From assembly GCA_963716725.1 (NCBI GenBank), contig CAVQUB010000005.1, forward strand, positions 1 through 64,000: DNA of 64,000 nucleotides. The letters run 5' to 3'. Both the position numbers and the translations under genes were made by a program. The stretch's first letter is position 1. Each line of letters begins with the position of its first letter. Below, piece by piece: positions 38,085 through 48,702 of the stretch. The DNA comes from an uncultured delta proteobacterium. GTDB taxonomy: Bacteria; Myxococcota_A; Polyangia; Polyangiales; Polyangiaceae. The notes under the pieces were generated by a model that had not been told where the DNA came from, ran no database searches, and saw only the letters and a list, made by a program, of their open reading frames with translations.

Positions 38085-39224
38085 ATGCTTGGCCCCGTGA
38101 GAGTTCGAACCGTTCTTCGTGCCGCTTCGTTTGGCTGGGTGGTGGTCGCGACCGCGGCCGTGGCGTTTGCTCAGGCGACGCCCCGGTCTGCTTTCCCGCC
38201 AGCGGATCCGCCGCAGCAGGATCAACCGGTCAACCCCTGGGATGCGCCGGCGATCGCCGCCGACGGGGCGGCTAAGCCTCCGGCGAACGAGTCGCCGCTC
38301 GAGCGCGCGCGTCGACAGGTCGTCGTGCTGCAGCGCGCCGGCAAGGCCCTGGGCATGGGCAGCGTGCTCTCGGGTGACGGCCGCATTCTGACGGCGCTCT
38401 CGGTGCTCGGCCACGGCAACAACGTCGACGCGCGTTTCGCGGACGGCACCGTGATCGCCGTTCGCGTCGTGCACTTCGATCGCGGCTGGGATCTAGCGCT
38501 GGTGGCCGCGGTGACTCCCCACTCCGACCAGGGGCTGCGCGCGTCGCGGGTCGCTCCCGCCAAGGAGTCGAAGCTCACGGCCTTTGGCCCCGGCGCCAAG
38601 ACGCTGGCCGCAGCTCCGGTTCGCATCAAGAACTCGGCGACGCTGGTGGGCGGCGACAACGCGCCGCTGGTCTCGGCGCTCGTGCTGGACAGCAAGCACA
38701 AGGCGACCGAGCTCGGCTCCCCCGTCATCGACGAGAAGGGCGACGTGGTCGCTATCCTCGCGCAGGCTTGCGCGGGCGCGGCCGACAAGCCCTGCTCCCT
38801 CGCGCCCTTCGGCGCACCGGTCTCCGCCATCAAGGAGTTCTTGCGGACAGTGCCCACCGCCAGCCCCAGCCAGTGGCCGTCCTCTGGCATCCGCGTCACG
38901 CCGCACGACACGGGCACAGTGAAGGGAGTTCGAGTCTTGGCCGTGAGCCCGAGATCAGCGGCCGCCGGATCGGGACTGAGGAGCGGGGCCGACACCATCG
39001 TTGCTGTCGACGGCACGCCGGTCACGACCGCCGACGCGTTGGATGGAGCCCTGCGTGCGCGCGCGGGTCGCTCGCTGGAGCTGTTGGTGTTCGGGCACGG
39101 TCGCTACCGGATCGTACGCGTGGGCCCGGCCGCGCGACGCCCCGGAGGCTTCCGGCCCGCCGAGCCCCGCAGCCGGTGGCCGGCTCCGCGCCGGCCCCGG
39201 ACCCAGCCGGACCCGGGATATTGA
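38085..39224 (+). CDS. HtrA-like trypsin plus PDZ protein with a degenerate catalytic site
   Basis: G.VL..DG.ILTALSV, DLALV, LGSPVIDEKGDVV and a C-terminal PDZ-like region; catalytic His and Ser appear substituted. Confidence 0.7.
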   Translation: MLGPVRVRTVLRAASFGWVVVATAAVAFAQATPRSAFPPADPPQQDQPVNPWDAPAIAADGAAKPPANESPLERARRQVVVLQRAGKALGMGSVLSGDGRILTALSVLGHGNNVDARFADGTVIAVRVVHFDRGWDLALVAAVTPHSDQGLRASRVAPAKESKLTAFGPGAKTLAAAPVRIKNSATLVGGDNAPLVSALVLDSKHKATELGSPVIDEKGDVVAILAQACAGAADKPCSLAPFGAPVSAIKEFLRTVPTASPSQWPSSGIRVTPHDTGTVKGVRVLAVSPRSAAAGSGLRSGADTIVAVDGTPVTTADALDGALRARAGRSLELLVFGHGRYRIVRVGPAARRPGGFRPAEPRSRWPAPRRPRTQPDPGY

Positions 39225-39364
39225 GCCGCGACACCCCAAAATACCCGGCTTTTTGCGGCGCGAGTGGCTTGGTCGACAGGACTTCGTTTCACCCCCTAGG
39301 CTCCGCTCGCGCGGACTGCTAAAAGGATTTTGCGGAAACCCAGAAGCCTTCCGCAGAATTACCC

Positions 39365-40138
39365 GTGAGTCGGCCCCTGCGCATCGAGGTTGCTGGCCAG
39401 ACCGATGTCGGTCGGAAGCGCAACCATAACGAGGACAACTTCGCCATCTTCGCGGAGTATGGCCTGTACGTCGTCGCGGACGGAATGGGCGGACACGCCT
39501 CGGGCGAGGTCGCGTCCAAGATGGCCGTCGATACGCTGCAAGAGTTCTTCGCAGCCACGGCGGACGACCCAGAGCGGACCTGGCCCTACAAGATGGACCG
39601 CACCAAGGGTTACGAAGAGAACCGCTTGGTCACCGGCATCAAGCTCTGCAACCTGCGCATCTACGAGCAGGCCCAGCGCAACGCCAAGCAGCGCGGCATG
39701 GGCACGACCCTGGTCTCCCTGTTCGCGGTCGAAGACGGCATCTACTTGGCGCACGTCGGCGACAGCCGCATGTACCGGATCCGCGACGCCAAGCTCGAGC
39801 AGCTCACCGAGGACCACTCGCTGCTCAACGACTACAAGAAGATGAAGCGCCTGACCGAGGAGGAGATCGCGAACTTCCCGCACAAGAACGTGATCGTGCG
39901 CGCGCTCGGCATGAAGGACACGGTCAAGGTCGATACACGCTTCGAGGCGCCTCGTGCCGGAGACACCATGTTGCTCTGCACCGACGGGCTCTCTGGCCCG
40001 GTCACCGACGAGAAGATTTGCGAGATCGTGGTGAACGCGCCGGATCTGCCCACGGCGACCAGCCGCCTGATCGAGGCTGCCAACGGCAACGGCGGCCCGG
40101 ATAACATCACCTGCATCTTGGCCCGCTGGATCGAGTGA
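39365..40138 (+). CDS. PP2C-type Ser/Thr phosphatase
   Basis: TDVGRKR.HNED, VADGMGGH, HVGDSR, LCTDGL, GGPDNIT. Confidence 0.93.
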   Translation: MSRPLRIEVAGQTDVGRKRNHNEDNFAIFAEYGLYVVADGMGGHASGEVASKMAVDTLQEFFAATADDPERTWPYKMDRTKGYEENRLVTGIKLCNLRIYEQAQRNAKQRGMGTTLVSLFAVEDGIYLAHVGDSRMYRIRDAKLEQLTEDHSLLNDYKKMKRLTEEEIANFPHKNVIVRALGMKDTVKVDTRFEAPRAGDTMLLCTDGLSGPVTDEKICEIVVNAPDLPTATSRLIEAANGNGGPDNITCILARWIE

Positions 40139-40141
40139 GCG

Positions 40142-40936
40142 CTACTCGCTGGCGCCCAGCCCCAGCGTCAGCGACAAACCCGCCGACGTGAAGGTCTTGC
40201 CGGACGTCTGCTGCCCGCTCTCTACGTGGGGCATGCGCCCAACGGCGCCGTGCAGCGCGATGCGACCGCCGTGCAAGATGCCGTGGAGGTGCCGCGCGAG
40301 GTCCAGCGCGAGGCCGCCTGCCGCCGACGGAAAGAAACCCGACGCCTTGGCGTGAGTCAGCGTCACCAGAGCGTCGCCGCAGTCCACGCCCCAGCGGCCG
40401 TCTGCGTCCAAGCAGTAGTCGCCGTTGGCGTCGAGCCCGGTGAAGCCGAGGTTCCCGAACAGGTGCAGCTCGACCCACTTGCTCTTGGGCGTGGCCCGCA
40501 CGTCGACGCCGGCCTCGGCTCCCCCGCGAGTCGCCTCGTAGGACGCTCCGTCCGACGACCCGTGTCCGTAAGCACCGAAGACGACCCCGCCGACCGCGAA
40601 CACCTCCTGGTCGTCGAGGTGCGTTCGGTAGCGCAGCATTGGCTCCGGGTAGCCGCCGCTATCACCCGAGCCGACGTAACGCCCACCCAGCGCGAGCCCT
40701 GGCAGTCCGATCAGAGCCCCGGCTTCGAGCATCACCGCCGCCTGGCCGATGGGCGAGGACTGGGGGTTCTCCTGGACTGATTCCGACAGGTAGTAGCCGG
40801 GCACCGCGGCGATCTGCGCCTCCCCTCCGGGACGCGGGGTCGGCACCACGGACTGCGCCGTGGTTGCAGTCATGGGACCGAGGGTCGTGCACCCACAGGA
40901 AAACGCCAAGAGGAGGACGAGGGGTCGAGGTGACAT
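40142..40936 (-). CDS. Hypothetical lipoprotein/outer-membrane protein
   Basis: Lipobox-like SCGC; amphipathic beta strands. Confidence 0.6.
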   Translation of the reverse strand: MSPRPLVLLLAFSCGCTTLGPMTATTAQSVVPTPRPGGEAQIAAVPGYYLSESVQENPQSSPIGQAAVMLEAGALIGLPGLALGGRYVGSGDSGGYPEPMLRYRTHLDDQEVFAVGGVVFGAYGHGSSDGASYEATRGGAEAGVDVRATPKSKWVELHLFGNLGFTGLDANGDYCLDADGRWGVDCGDALVTLTHAKASGFFPSAAGGLALDLARHLHGILHGGRIALHGAVGRMPHVESGQQTSGKTFTSAGLSLTLGLGASE

Positions 40937-41040
40937 TCGAAGCCGAGACTAGCAGCCGGCGTGCCAGCAGGAGTCCGGCAAACGCCCGGGGATATGCCGC
41001 GAAACCGTGCCGCCACGGCCCCACTGTGCGCCCCGCGCAC

Positions 41041-41610
41041 TCAGGGGAACTGGTGCGCGATGGCCAGACCGCGGTGGTCGCGTCGGTTGTAGTACTTGAA
41101 ATCCTGCCAGCTCCGCTGCCACTCGGCGCGCAGCATCAGGCCGTCGTAAACACGCACGCTGGCGCCGAGGCCGACCATGAACGACAGCTCAGCGCCCCAG
41201 GTGCCGAGCCGTGGCGAGGTGTAGAGCCAGGTCTGGTCGAAGAGCCGCAGCGCTACCGGGGTCGATGCGGCGAACCAGGCGTAGCCGAGCTCCTGCTCGA
41301 AACCCGCGACGAAGCGATCGCTGCGAAGGGGCATGAAGCGCGCGGCCAATCCGCCCGCGACCGCGTCATCGTCAAAGGCGAAGAGGCCCGTGAGATCGAC
41401 GTGACGCGTGGCGCGTCCGCTGAGCCACGCCTGGCCAGCGGTGGCGGCGGGCTCCTCGACGTAGGGGCGCGGCGACACTTCGGCCACACCGAAGCCGGCT
41501 TCGGCACGGCGATCGGGCATCAGACCCGCTGCGGGGCGAAATCCCGCGACCGGGCCGCAGCCGATCAGAACGAAGCCGATCAGAAGAAAGCCAATGACCC
41601 AACCGCGCAT
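41041..41610 (-). CDS. Hypothetical lipoprotein
   Basis: MRGWVIGFLLIGFVLIGC lipobox; beta-rich. Confidence 0.6.
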   Translation of the reverse strand: MRGWVIGFLLIGFVLIGCGPVAGFRPAAGLMPDRRAEAGFGVAEVSPRPYVEEPAATAGQAWLSGRATRHVDLTGLFAFDDDAVAGGLAARFMPLRSDRFVAGFEQELGYAWFAASTPVALRLFDQTWLYTSPRLGTWGAELSFMVGLGASVRVYDGLMLRAEWQRSWQDFKYYNRRDHRGLAIAHQFP

Positions 41611-41617
41611 CTCCGGG

Positions 41618-42445
41618 TCAGGGCTCTGCCGGATCGCCGGGTTGCCAGTCGTACGCCTCTTCGAGGTGAACGACGACGGGCAGGTGGTCCGAGCCGCCAA
41701 CGTTGCTGACCCAGGCGTTGAGCGGCTCGAAGGATCCATCGAAGAGCACGTGGTCGAGGGTCTGGGTGAACTGGTTGGCGACGGAGCTGCCTTGCCAGGT
41801 GTGCTGGCCCGGCCGGTACAAAGGCAGCGCGTTCCGGTAGCCGCGATCTTCCAGGTACCGCACCGCAACCCCGCCGAGGCCCTCGTTGAAGTCTCCGAGC
41901 ACGATGGTGGGCAGCCCCGTCGAACACTCCTTCACGAACAGCTCGATCTCGTAGAGGTGGTCGTCGCTCGAGCTCAGGTACGACTCGACGACGTTGCCGT
42001 TGCCGGTGTGCTTCGAGCGCAGGTGCAGGTTGAGGACTTGGAGCTTGCCGCTCGGAGTGTCCACCATCACGTGCCACGCCGGGTGCCAGCCGCTCGGTCC
42101 TGGGTGCCAGCCGCTGTCGGCGACGGGAAATTTCGACAGCACCGCCAAGCCCGCGGCGCCCGCGTTCGGCAGGTTGTGCTGGTAGAGCTGGTACGGGTAC
42201 TCGTCGCCGTACTCGGCGCGCAGCACCACCTCGAACTCCGGCGTTGTCTCTTGCAGAAAGACGACGTCCGATCGGTTCTTGCCCACGGCCCCGATGGTGG
42301 CCGGATCGAAGTGGTCGCCCGCCTCCACGTTGTACGATTGGATCTCGTAGTGGGCTACACCCGGCGTCGGGTCCCGCGGCTCGAGCGGTCGTTCGCCACA
42401 CGCCACTGTGGCGAGCGCACAGATTCCGAGCCCAACGCGAAGCAT
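41618..42445 (-). CDS. Endonuclease/exonuclease/phosphatase family lipoprotein
   Basis: SYNV, LQE, GDFN, LDHVL, GSDHLP. Confidence 0.88.
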   Translation of the reverse strand: MLRVGLGICALATVACGERPLEPRDPTPGVAHYEIQSYNVEAGDHFDPATIGAVGKNRSDVVFLQETTPEFEVVLRAEYGDEYPYQLYQHNLPNAGAAGLAVLSKFPVADSGWHPGPSGWHPAWHVMVDTPSGKLQVLNLHLRSKHTGNGNVVESYLSSSDDHLYEIELFVKECSTGLPTIVLGDFNEGLGGVAVRYLEDRGYRNALPLYRPGQHTWQGSSVANQFTQTLDHVLFDGSFEPLNAWVSNVGGSDHLPVVVHLEEAYDWQPGDPAEP

Positions 42446-42514
42446 CCAGTTCCGAGTCTGTCATCGCTGCGACGTGGGTCAAGCAGCGGAAAAGCGCAAC
42501 GATTGCGCTGGTGG

Positions 42515-42952
42515 TCAGCGAGACTTCGGAAATACGATCTGCACCGGCGCCGGCTGGTTCTCGACGTCGGCCGCTTCGCCCACCAACGACGTGAGCGTGG
42601 CGTACACCGCGAGTACGATCGCGAGCATCAACACGCTGGTCCACAGGTAGGTGTATGTCGGCGGGTGCTTCGCCGTGCTCCATCCGTCGGCGTAGAACTT
42701 CCCGCCGCTGCGATCGCGCAGGCGCTTCTGCACGCCGCGCAAGAACGCGCTGTCTGGTGGAGGCTCTTCCTTCTTCAGATCGAGGGCGCCCCGGAGCAGG
42801 TCGCGCATCTTCGACTCGGCCTCTTCGCCGAGCTCGGCGCCCGCGTCCGCACTGGCGAGCTCGTCTTCCGGCGCTTCGGGCCCGTTCTCCGGCGGTGCTC
42901 CGTCCGCGCTCGGCCGCTCGTCATCGCGGCTGTCGTCATCGCGGTCGCTCAT
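42515..42952 (-). CDS. Putative membrane anti-sigma-like protein
   Basis: Overlaps the stop of the ECF sigma gene; acidic N-terminus and a single TM helix. Confidence 0.6.
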   Translation of the reverse strand: MSDRDDDSRDDERPSADGAPPENGPEAPEDELASADAGAELGEEAESKMRDLLRGALDLKKEEPPPDSAFLRGVQKRLRDRSGGKFYADGWSTAKHPPTYTYLWTSVLMLAIVLAVYATLTSLVGEAADVENQPAPVQIVFPKSR

Positions 42953-43557
42953 CGAATCTTCTCCCCCAAGGCGCGTTCCACCTTGGTCTTGAGCATGGCG
43001 CGGGCGCGGTGGATCCGGCTCTTCACCGTCCCGTCGGCCAGGCCCGTGATCTGGGCGATCTCCTGATAGGACAGGTCTTCCACATCCGCGAGGATCAACA
43101 CTTCGCGAAAATCGGGATCGAGCTCCGTGATGCAAGCGTGCACGATCTTCTCCACCTGCAACCCCTCCACCATGTGGTCGGGCCGGGCCACGTCACCAAA
43201 GGTGACGCCCTTGGCCTCGCTGAGCGGTGCGCGCTCGGCCACCGGCTCGAGTTCTTGCTGGGTGCCGTCGTGGCGCCGCGACAGGTACTTGAGGCGGTTC
43301 TTGCAGAGGTTGACCGCGATTCGGTAGACCCAAGTGCTCAGCTTGCTGTCGCCCCGGAAGGTGGCAATGGCCTTGAAGACCTGCACGAAGACCTCCTGAG
43401 CCATGTCTTCTGCTTCGTCGCGGCGGCCCAGCATTCGGAACACCAAGCGGAAGACGCGCTGCTCGTAGGTCTCGACCAACTCGTTGAACGCGCGCTCGTC
43501 GTGCCTGCGTAGGCGCTCGATGAACTTGAGCTCGCTGTCTTCGACGGAGTCTGTCAC
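42949..43557 (-). CDS. ECF sigma-70 factor
   Basis: AEDMAQEVF, F.GDSKLSTWVYRIAVN, LSYQEIA...GTVKSRIHRAR. Confidence 0.92.
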   Translation of the reverse strand: MTDSVEDSELKFIERLRRHDERAFNELVETYEQRVFRLVFRMLGRRDEAEDMAQEVFVQVFKAIATFRGDSKLSTWVYRIAVNLCKNRLKYLSRRHDGTQQELEPVAERAPLSEAKGVTFGDVARPDHMVEGLQVEKIVHACITELDPDFREVLILADVEDLSYQEIAQITGLADGTVKSRIHRARAMLKTKVERALGEKIR

Positions 43558-43786
43558 GTCCCACCAGGAGGCGCGTTCACCGTAGCCGGAAAGGCGCGAG
43601 GCGTCGTCATCCGAAGCGCCATCGGGCACGATTGAGGGCTCACTCGGAAGCCGGAGGCGCGAGGTGGCCACGGCCGACCGACACCCGAACCCGCCGCGGG
43701 TTCCGCAGAACGCCACCGGGAAGATCCCCGGGAACTTCGCCGGATGCGCGGCTGTCGGAGCGCTCGCGTGCCCCCAGTGGAGGCGG

Positions 43787-43857
43787 TTCCGGCGCATGGA
43801 TTCGAACCATGATTCAGGGATTCAAAGTCCCTTGTCCTGCCTTTAGACGACGCCGGA
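43787..43857 (-). tRNA. tRNA-Gln(TTG)
   Basis: TCCGGCG acceptor stem, AGGGA-CTTTGAA-TCCCT anticodon arm, GGTTCGAATCC T arm. Confidence 0.92.
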
Positions 43858-43946
43858 AAAAGGCGGCGCGAGCCTAATGGCCAGGGCCTAGGTCGGCAAC
43901 TGGCAAACGCCTGGGTTCGGAAAACCGGCCGGGGTTCGGGGATGGC

Positions 43947-44891
43947 CTAGCGTGTGAGGGCTCTGCCGTCGCGCGCTAGCAGCGGCGACCTCTGGGCGAT
44001 CCAAGACTCGAGCTCGCTCAGATCTGCGAGTCGCACGGCGTTCCCTGGCAGTTCGTCGATGTCCCGAGAGGACTGCCCCCCGACCACGAGCGTGCAGCGT
44101 CGGGGCAGTGCCGCGGACAGATCCGCGAGCAATGGCCCCGCTGTTCGAGGATCCAGGCTTACGCAGGAAATGAGCAGGGCCTCGGCGCCAGTCTCTCGGG
44201 CCGCGTGACTGATCTCCTCGACCGGCAGGCTCGGACCCAGGAACACCGCGCGCCACCCCGTCATCGCCGCGACGACCGCCGCCATCAAAGCACCCAGCTC
44301 GTGCAACTCGCCCTCGAGCGTTGTCGCTACCGCCGTCGGAGCGCTTGGATCGACAGCAAACAGGCGCAACATCGCGCCGAGGTGACTGCGAACCATCGCG
44401 GTGGCGGCGTGCTCATGCGCCACCTGGAGCGATCCGCCCTGCCAACGAGCGCCGACTTCGGTCAAGAGGGGCACCAAGACGCGATCGATGAACTCTCGGC
44501 GCGGCAAGGCCCACGCGGCGCCAGCTAACGTCTGGTCGGCGGACGACAGGTCGAGGCGCGCGATGTGGCCGAGGTAACGATCCACGAGGGGCGCGTACTC
44601 GGCGTTCGGCGCGGTCGGAGAGGAGTGGAGCTTCAAAAGCTTCTCCAGCTCGGCGGCCGAGAGCGTGGCGACGTCGCCGATGGCGTGGCCCAATCCGAGA
44701 AGGCGCTTCACCAAGCGGAGTCGCTGAACGTCATCGTCGGAGTAGAGACGGTCTCCTCCGTCCGAGCGCATGGGCTGAAGTGTCCTGTAGCGTCGCTCCC
44801 AGGCTCGCAACGCGTGGGTGGAAATTCCGGTGAGTCGCGCCACGGCTCCGATGCGATGACGGGGGGTTGGGTTGGACTGGCTCGTGGTCAT
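43947..44891 (-). CDS. carH: MerR-family B12-binding photoreceptor/repressor (CarH/CarA/LitR-like)
   Basis: MerR HTH (LRAWERRY), W-x9-EH and ELHELG B12-binding motifs; next to crt genes. Confidence 0.85.
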   Translation of the reverse strand: MTTSQSNPTPRHRIGAVARLTGISTHALRAWERRYRTLQPMRSDGGDRLYSDDDVQRLRLVKRLLGLGHAIGDVATLSAAELEKLLKLHSSPTAPNAEYAPLVDRYLGHIARLDLSSADQTLAGAAWALPRREFIDRVLVPLLTEVGARWQGGSLQVAHEHAATAMVRSHLGAMLRLFAVDPSAPTAVATTLEGELHELGALMAAVVAAMTGWRAVFLGPSLPVEEISHAARETGAEALLISCVSLDPRTAGPLLADLSAALPRRCTLVVGGQSSRDIDELPGNAVRLADLSELESWIAQRSPLLARDGRALTR

Positions 44892-45147
44892 CTCGCGCTC
44901 ATCCCACCCTCAGGGTCTGAACGGTCTCTCGAACGCCAGGGTAACCCGCGAAGCGCCGCCAGTGGAACGCCTCGTGGGGGCCGTGTGGGCCGCGCGCGAG
45001 AGAAGCGAGCTGCCGAGCGCACCGTGCAGATGTCCAACACCCGGAAACCCCCGGTCGAAAGGACCAAGCCGAGCATCAACCCGACCCAGCTGAAGTAAAC
45101 GGCCTAGTCCGACCGGTCGAACCAGATGCGACCCACGTGGGTCGACT

Positions 45148-46149
45148 TCAGTGGGAAATGTCGTCATTCTGATACCTCATCCGTGGAAGGCCGTGGCACG
45201 GCAGCTTCGACGCGCGCGTGCCGTCCGGCAGGTCGGCGAGAGTCAAGAACGCCGCACGAAGCGCCAGCAGCAGCTTGCTCCGGGTCGAGACTACGGCGCG
45301 CCCCGACAGCGGGTCGAAGTCGCGCTCGGAGAGCTCGCGCCCGATGGCCGAATACACCAGCGCCGCGGTACGCACCGCGAAGGCGCTCCGCGCGTCCAGC
45401 GCGGCGACTCCTTGCTTGGCCGAGGCGTAATAGGTGTCGGCGAGCGCGAGCAACTGCTCGACGACGCGAGCGACGGGCAGCCTGGCGTTCTCGGGGATTG
45501 CGATGCCGAGGCCCGGGTCCAGCCCAGGCGCGCCTGCGGCGCGCAGCATGTCGCCGGGCAAGTACAGCCTGCCTCGCTCCCAGTCCTCGAGCACGTCGCG
45601 ACACACATTCGTGAGCTGCATTCCGATCCCGAGGTGCGCCGCATTGCTCAGCGCTCGCGCGTCCGAGACGCCCAGCACATGACACATCATGAGCCCCACC
45701 ACGCCGGCGACGCGGTAGCAGTAGAGCAGAAGGTCATCCAACGTCTCGTAGCGTGCGCCCTCGGCGTCCATGCGCATGCCGGCCAGGAGCTGCTCGGGGT
45801 AGTGGCGCGGGATCCCTCGCTCCGTCGCAACCTCTTGAAACGCACGGAGCACCAAGGTCGGCTGCGGCGCCCCGGCGTAGACGGAGTCGAGCTCGCGCTC
45901 GAGGCGGGCGAGGTTCAGTGACTGCGCCTCACCCGAGGCGAGGTCGATCAGGTCGTCGGCGTAGCGGCACCATGCGTAGAGCGCGGCCGCATCGCGCCGT
46001 GCCTCGACCGGCAAGAGCCGGCCGGCCAACGCGAAGCTCTTGCTGTGCTCGGCCAGCACGGCGAGGCAGGCGTCTCGGCTCGTAGCGCGATCGACTCCGG
46101 TCGATCCGCGGGCGTTCAGGTCGAGAGTGGAAGTCGACGCGGCGCTCAC
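45148..46149 (-). CDS. crtB: Phytoene synthase
   Basis: SKSFA, YAWCRYADDLID, YCYRVAGVVG, QLTNVCRDV.ED..RGRLYLP. Confidence 0.93.
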   Translation of the reverse strand: MSAASTSTLDLNARGSTGVDRATSRDACLAVLAEHSKSFALAGRLLPVEARRDAAALYAWCRYADDLIDLASGEAQSLNLARLERELDSVYAGAPQPTLVLRAFQEVATERGIPRHYPEQLLAGMRMDAEGARYETLDDLLLYCYRVAGVVGLMMCHVLGVSDARALSNAAHLGIGMQLTNVCRDVLEDWERGRLYLPGDMLRAAGAPGLDPGLGIAIPENARLPVARVVEQLLALADTYYASAKQGVAALDARSAFAVRTAALVYSAIGRELSERDFDPLSGRAVVSTRSKLLLALRAAFLTLADLPDGTRASKLPCHGLPRMRYQNDDISH

Positions 46150-47672
46150 GCTGCACGCTCCTTCCCGAGGTCGGCCAAGATCACGTCCAGGGTTGCCTTC
46201 GCCGAGTTGATCACACCGGGCAGACCGGCCCCCGGGTGGGTGCCCGCCCCGACGATGTAGAGCCCCGGGATCTTCGGGTCGCGGTTGTGCGGCCGGAACC
46301 ACGCACTTTGAGTGAGCGTCGGCGCCACCGAGAACGCCGAGCCGTGGAAGGCGGAGAGCTCGCTGGCGAAGTCCTCGGGAGTGAACCAGCGCTGGGTCAC
46401 GACGTGTTTGCGCAGATCCGGCATCAAGCGTTCGAGCGAGCCGAGGATCTTGTCGGCGTAGGCTGGCGCCGTCTTCTCCCAGTCGATGGGCGCGTTGCCG
46501 AGATGGGGCACCGGGGAAAGCACGTAGAACCCTGCGCAACCCGGCGGCGCGAGCGAGGGGTCCGTCACCGTCGGTGCGTGCAGGTACAAACTGAAGTCGT
46601 CCGGCAAGCTGTTGCCCGAGAAGATCTCGTCGAGCAGAGCTTCGTACCTCGGGCCGAAAACCACTGTGTGGTGAGCGACGTCGTAGGTTCTGTCCGTGCC
46701 GAAGTAGAGGAGGAACAGGCTCATGGACCAGTCGGCTTTCTCGAGCTTGCGTCGCGTCCGCTCCGCACGCGGCTCGCCGGAGTAGAGCTTGGCGTAGGTG
46801 TGATGCAGATCGGCATTCGAGACGACGAAGTCGAAGCTCTCTTCGCCACGAGGGCTCTTGACGACGTGGAACGCACGCCCCTCGGACTCTCTGACTTCGA
46901 TGTGCTCGACCGGGGTGGACAACCGGAGCTCGCCGCCGAGTTCCTGATACAGCTTCACCAACGCTTGGACCAACGCGCCCGTCCCGCCGCGGGGGAAGAA
47001 CACCCCCCACTTGCGCTCGAGGTAGTGGATCAGCGTGTAGATGGCGCTGGTCTCGAAGGGGTTTCCTCCGACCAGAAGCGAGTGAAACGAGAGCGCCTGC
47101 CGCAGGTGCTCGTCTTTGACGAAGCGCGCGACGGCGCTGTACACGCTGCGATCTGCCCGCAACCGGGCCAAGTCCGGGGCCACCTTGAGCATGTCGATGA
47201 AGCGCAAGAACGGCGTCGCCACCAGCTCCTCGTAGCCCTTCTCGAAGACCCGGCGCGAGTAGTCCACGAAGCGCACGTAGCCGTCGGCGTCGGCGGGACT
47301 GCGCGCGCGGATCTGCTCCAGCATCACGTCCGAGTCCCCGACGTAGTCGAGGGCGTCTCCGTCGCTCCACGACAACCTGTAAAACGGCGTGACGGGCAGG
47401 AGCTCGACGTAGTCGTTCATTTTCCGCCCCGCGAGCTCGAAGAGCTCTTCGATGCAGTGCGGAGCGGTGATGACGGTCGGCCCCGCATCGAACACGAAGC
47501 CGTCCTGCTCGTACACGTAGGCTCGGCCGCCGGGCTTGTCGCGTGCCTCGAAGAGGACGCTCGAGATGCCAGCGGCCTGGAGGCGGATGGCTGCCGCAAG
47601 GCCGCCGAAGCCACTACCGACGATCGCGGCGCGTGGTGCGCGCATCTGTGTTGCAGAAATTCGTTCAACCAT
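46146..47672 (-). CDS. crtI: Phytoene desaturase
   Basis: GSGFGGLA, FDAGPTVIT, VGAGTHPGAGLPGV. Confidence 0.95.
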   Translation of the reverse strand: MVERISATQMRAPRAAIVGSGFGGLAAAIRLQAAGISSVLFEARDKPGGRAYVYEQDGFVFDAGPTVITAPHCIEELFELAGRKMNDYVELLPVTPFYRLSWSDGDALDYVGDSDVMLEQIRARSPADADGYVRFVDYSRRVFEKGYEELVATPFLRFIDMLKVAPDLARLRADRSVYSAVARFVKDEHLRQALSFHSLLVGGNPFETSAIYTLIHYLERKWGVFFPRGGTGALVQALVKLYQELGGELRLSTPVEHIEVRESEGRAFHVVKSPRGEESFDFVVSNADLHHTYAKLYSGEPRAERTRRKLEKADWSMSLFLLYFGTDRTYDVAHHTVVFGPRYEALLDEIFSGNSLPDDFSLYLHAPTVTDPSLAPPGCAGFYVLSPVPHLGNAPIDWEKTAPAYADKILGSLERLMPDLRKHVVTQRWFTPEDFASELSAFHGSAFSVAPTLTQSAWFRPHNRDPKIPGLYIVGAGTHPGAGLPGVINSAKATLDVILADLGKERAA

Positions 47673-48702
47673 AGCTCCTCCTCAAGAGTTCGATGTCCGA
47701 CTTCACGCTCGCGAGTGCCGGAACGCTTCCGACACTGGCGGCCAGGTCTTCGAAGGCGCGTGCGAGGTATTCATCCACGTGCCTTCGACCGCTCACGCCC
47801 ACCAGTTCTCTCAGCCGCTCGGCGAGCACTTCCGGGTGGGTGTCGCGCTGCTGCACTCGGCGAGCGAGGCGCCGGAGCTCGTCGTAGGCAACCTCGTCGA
47901 GCTGCTCTGCCGCCCACGCGAAGGGCCAGGTCGGCCGCCCGCCGAGCAGGTCTTCGTGGCCCTTGTGGCAGCGCCTTTCGCTGACGATCCCGCCCAGGTC
48001 GTCCAGCATTTGCAGGGCCACTCCCAGGCGTCGTCCGAACTGCTCGAGCGCGCCGACCACGGGCCGGGGCCCGGCGGCGGCGACGGCTCCGAGGGCGGCC
48101 GCGAGCTGCATCAGGGCGCCGCTCTTCAGCTGCGTCGTCACGTTCACGACGGCGGGCACGTCCGCTCGAGCGAGGTCGTGAACGCGAGTCGACAGGTCGA
48201 GGGCCTGCCCCTGGTGAGCCCGAAGCAGCGTGCGGTCGACCAAGCGTCGCACGGCCAGCTCGACGGGCGGTGCTAGTTCGAGGCGCTCTATCAACCAGTC
48301 GGACCAGAAGTAGAGCCAAGAGCCCGCGTTGAGCGCACGCCCGAGCCCCCACTTCTTGTGCAACGCGAGTTCGCCGCGCCGGTAGGTGGAGTCGTCTTCG
48401 ATGTCATCGATGATGAGCGAACCCGCGTGCAACACCTCCACCACCCAGCGCAGCTCTGCTGGTGGCGCGGTCTTGCGGCCGGAGAGCTCCCAAGCCGTTT
48501 CGACCAGGCGAGCGCGGAACTCCTTTCCCGGACGCGAAAGGAAGTCGGCGAGAGGACCGTACAAGGCCTCGTCCCAGACTGCCCAAGGCACGGTTTGTCC
48601 CTGCAGATCGAGAAGGCGATCGAGCTCTCGTTCCGAGAACTGCTCACTGAGTAGCTCCACGAGCGGGGAAGTGGTGTTGATGGCTAGTGCGGGGTGGTTC
48701 AT
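47665..48702 (-). CDS. crtE: Polyprenyl (GGPP) synthase
   Basis: GKEFR, LIIDDIED...RRG, QMLDD. Confidence 0.85.
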   Translation of the reverse strand: MNHPALAINTTSPLVELLSEQFSERELDRLLDLQGQTVPWAVWDEALYGPLADFLSRPGKEFRARLVETAWELSGRKTAPPAELRWVVEVLHAGSLIIDDIEDDSTYRRGELALHKKWGLGRALNAGSWLYFWSDWLIERLELAPPVELAVRRLVDRTLLRAHQGQALDLSTRVHDLARADVPAVVNVTTQLKSGALMQLAAALGAVAAAGPRPVVGALEQFGRRLGVALQMLDDLGGIVSERRCHKGHEDLLGGRPTWPFAWAAEQLDEVAYDELRRLARRVQQRDTHPEVLAERLRELVGVSGRRHVDEYLARAFEDLAASVGSVPALASVKSDIELLRRSYG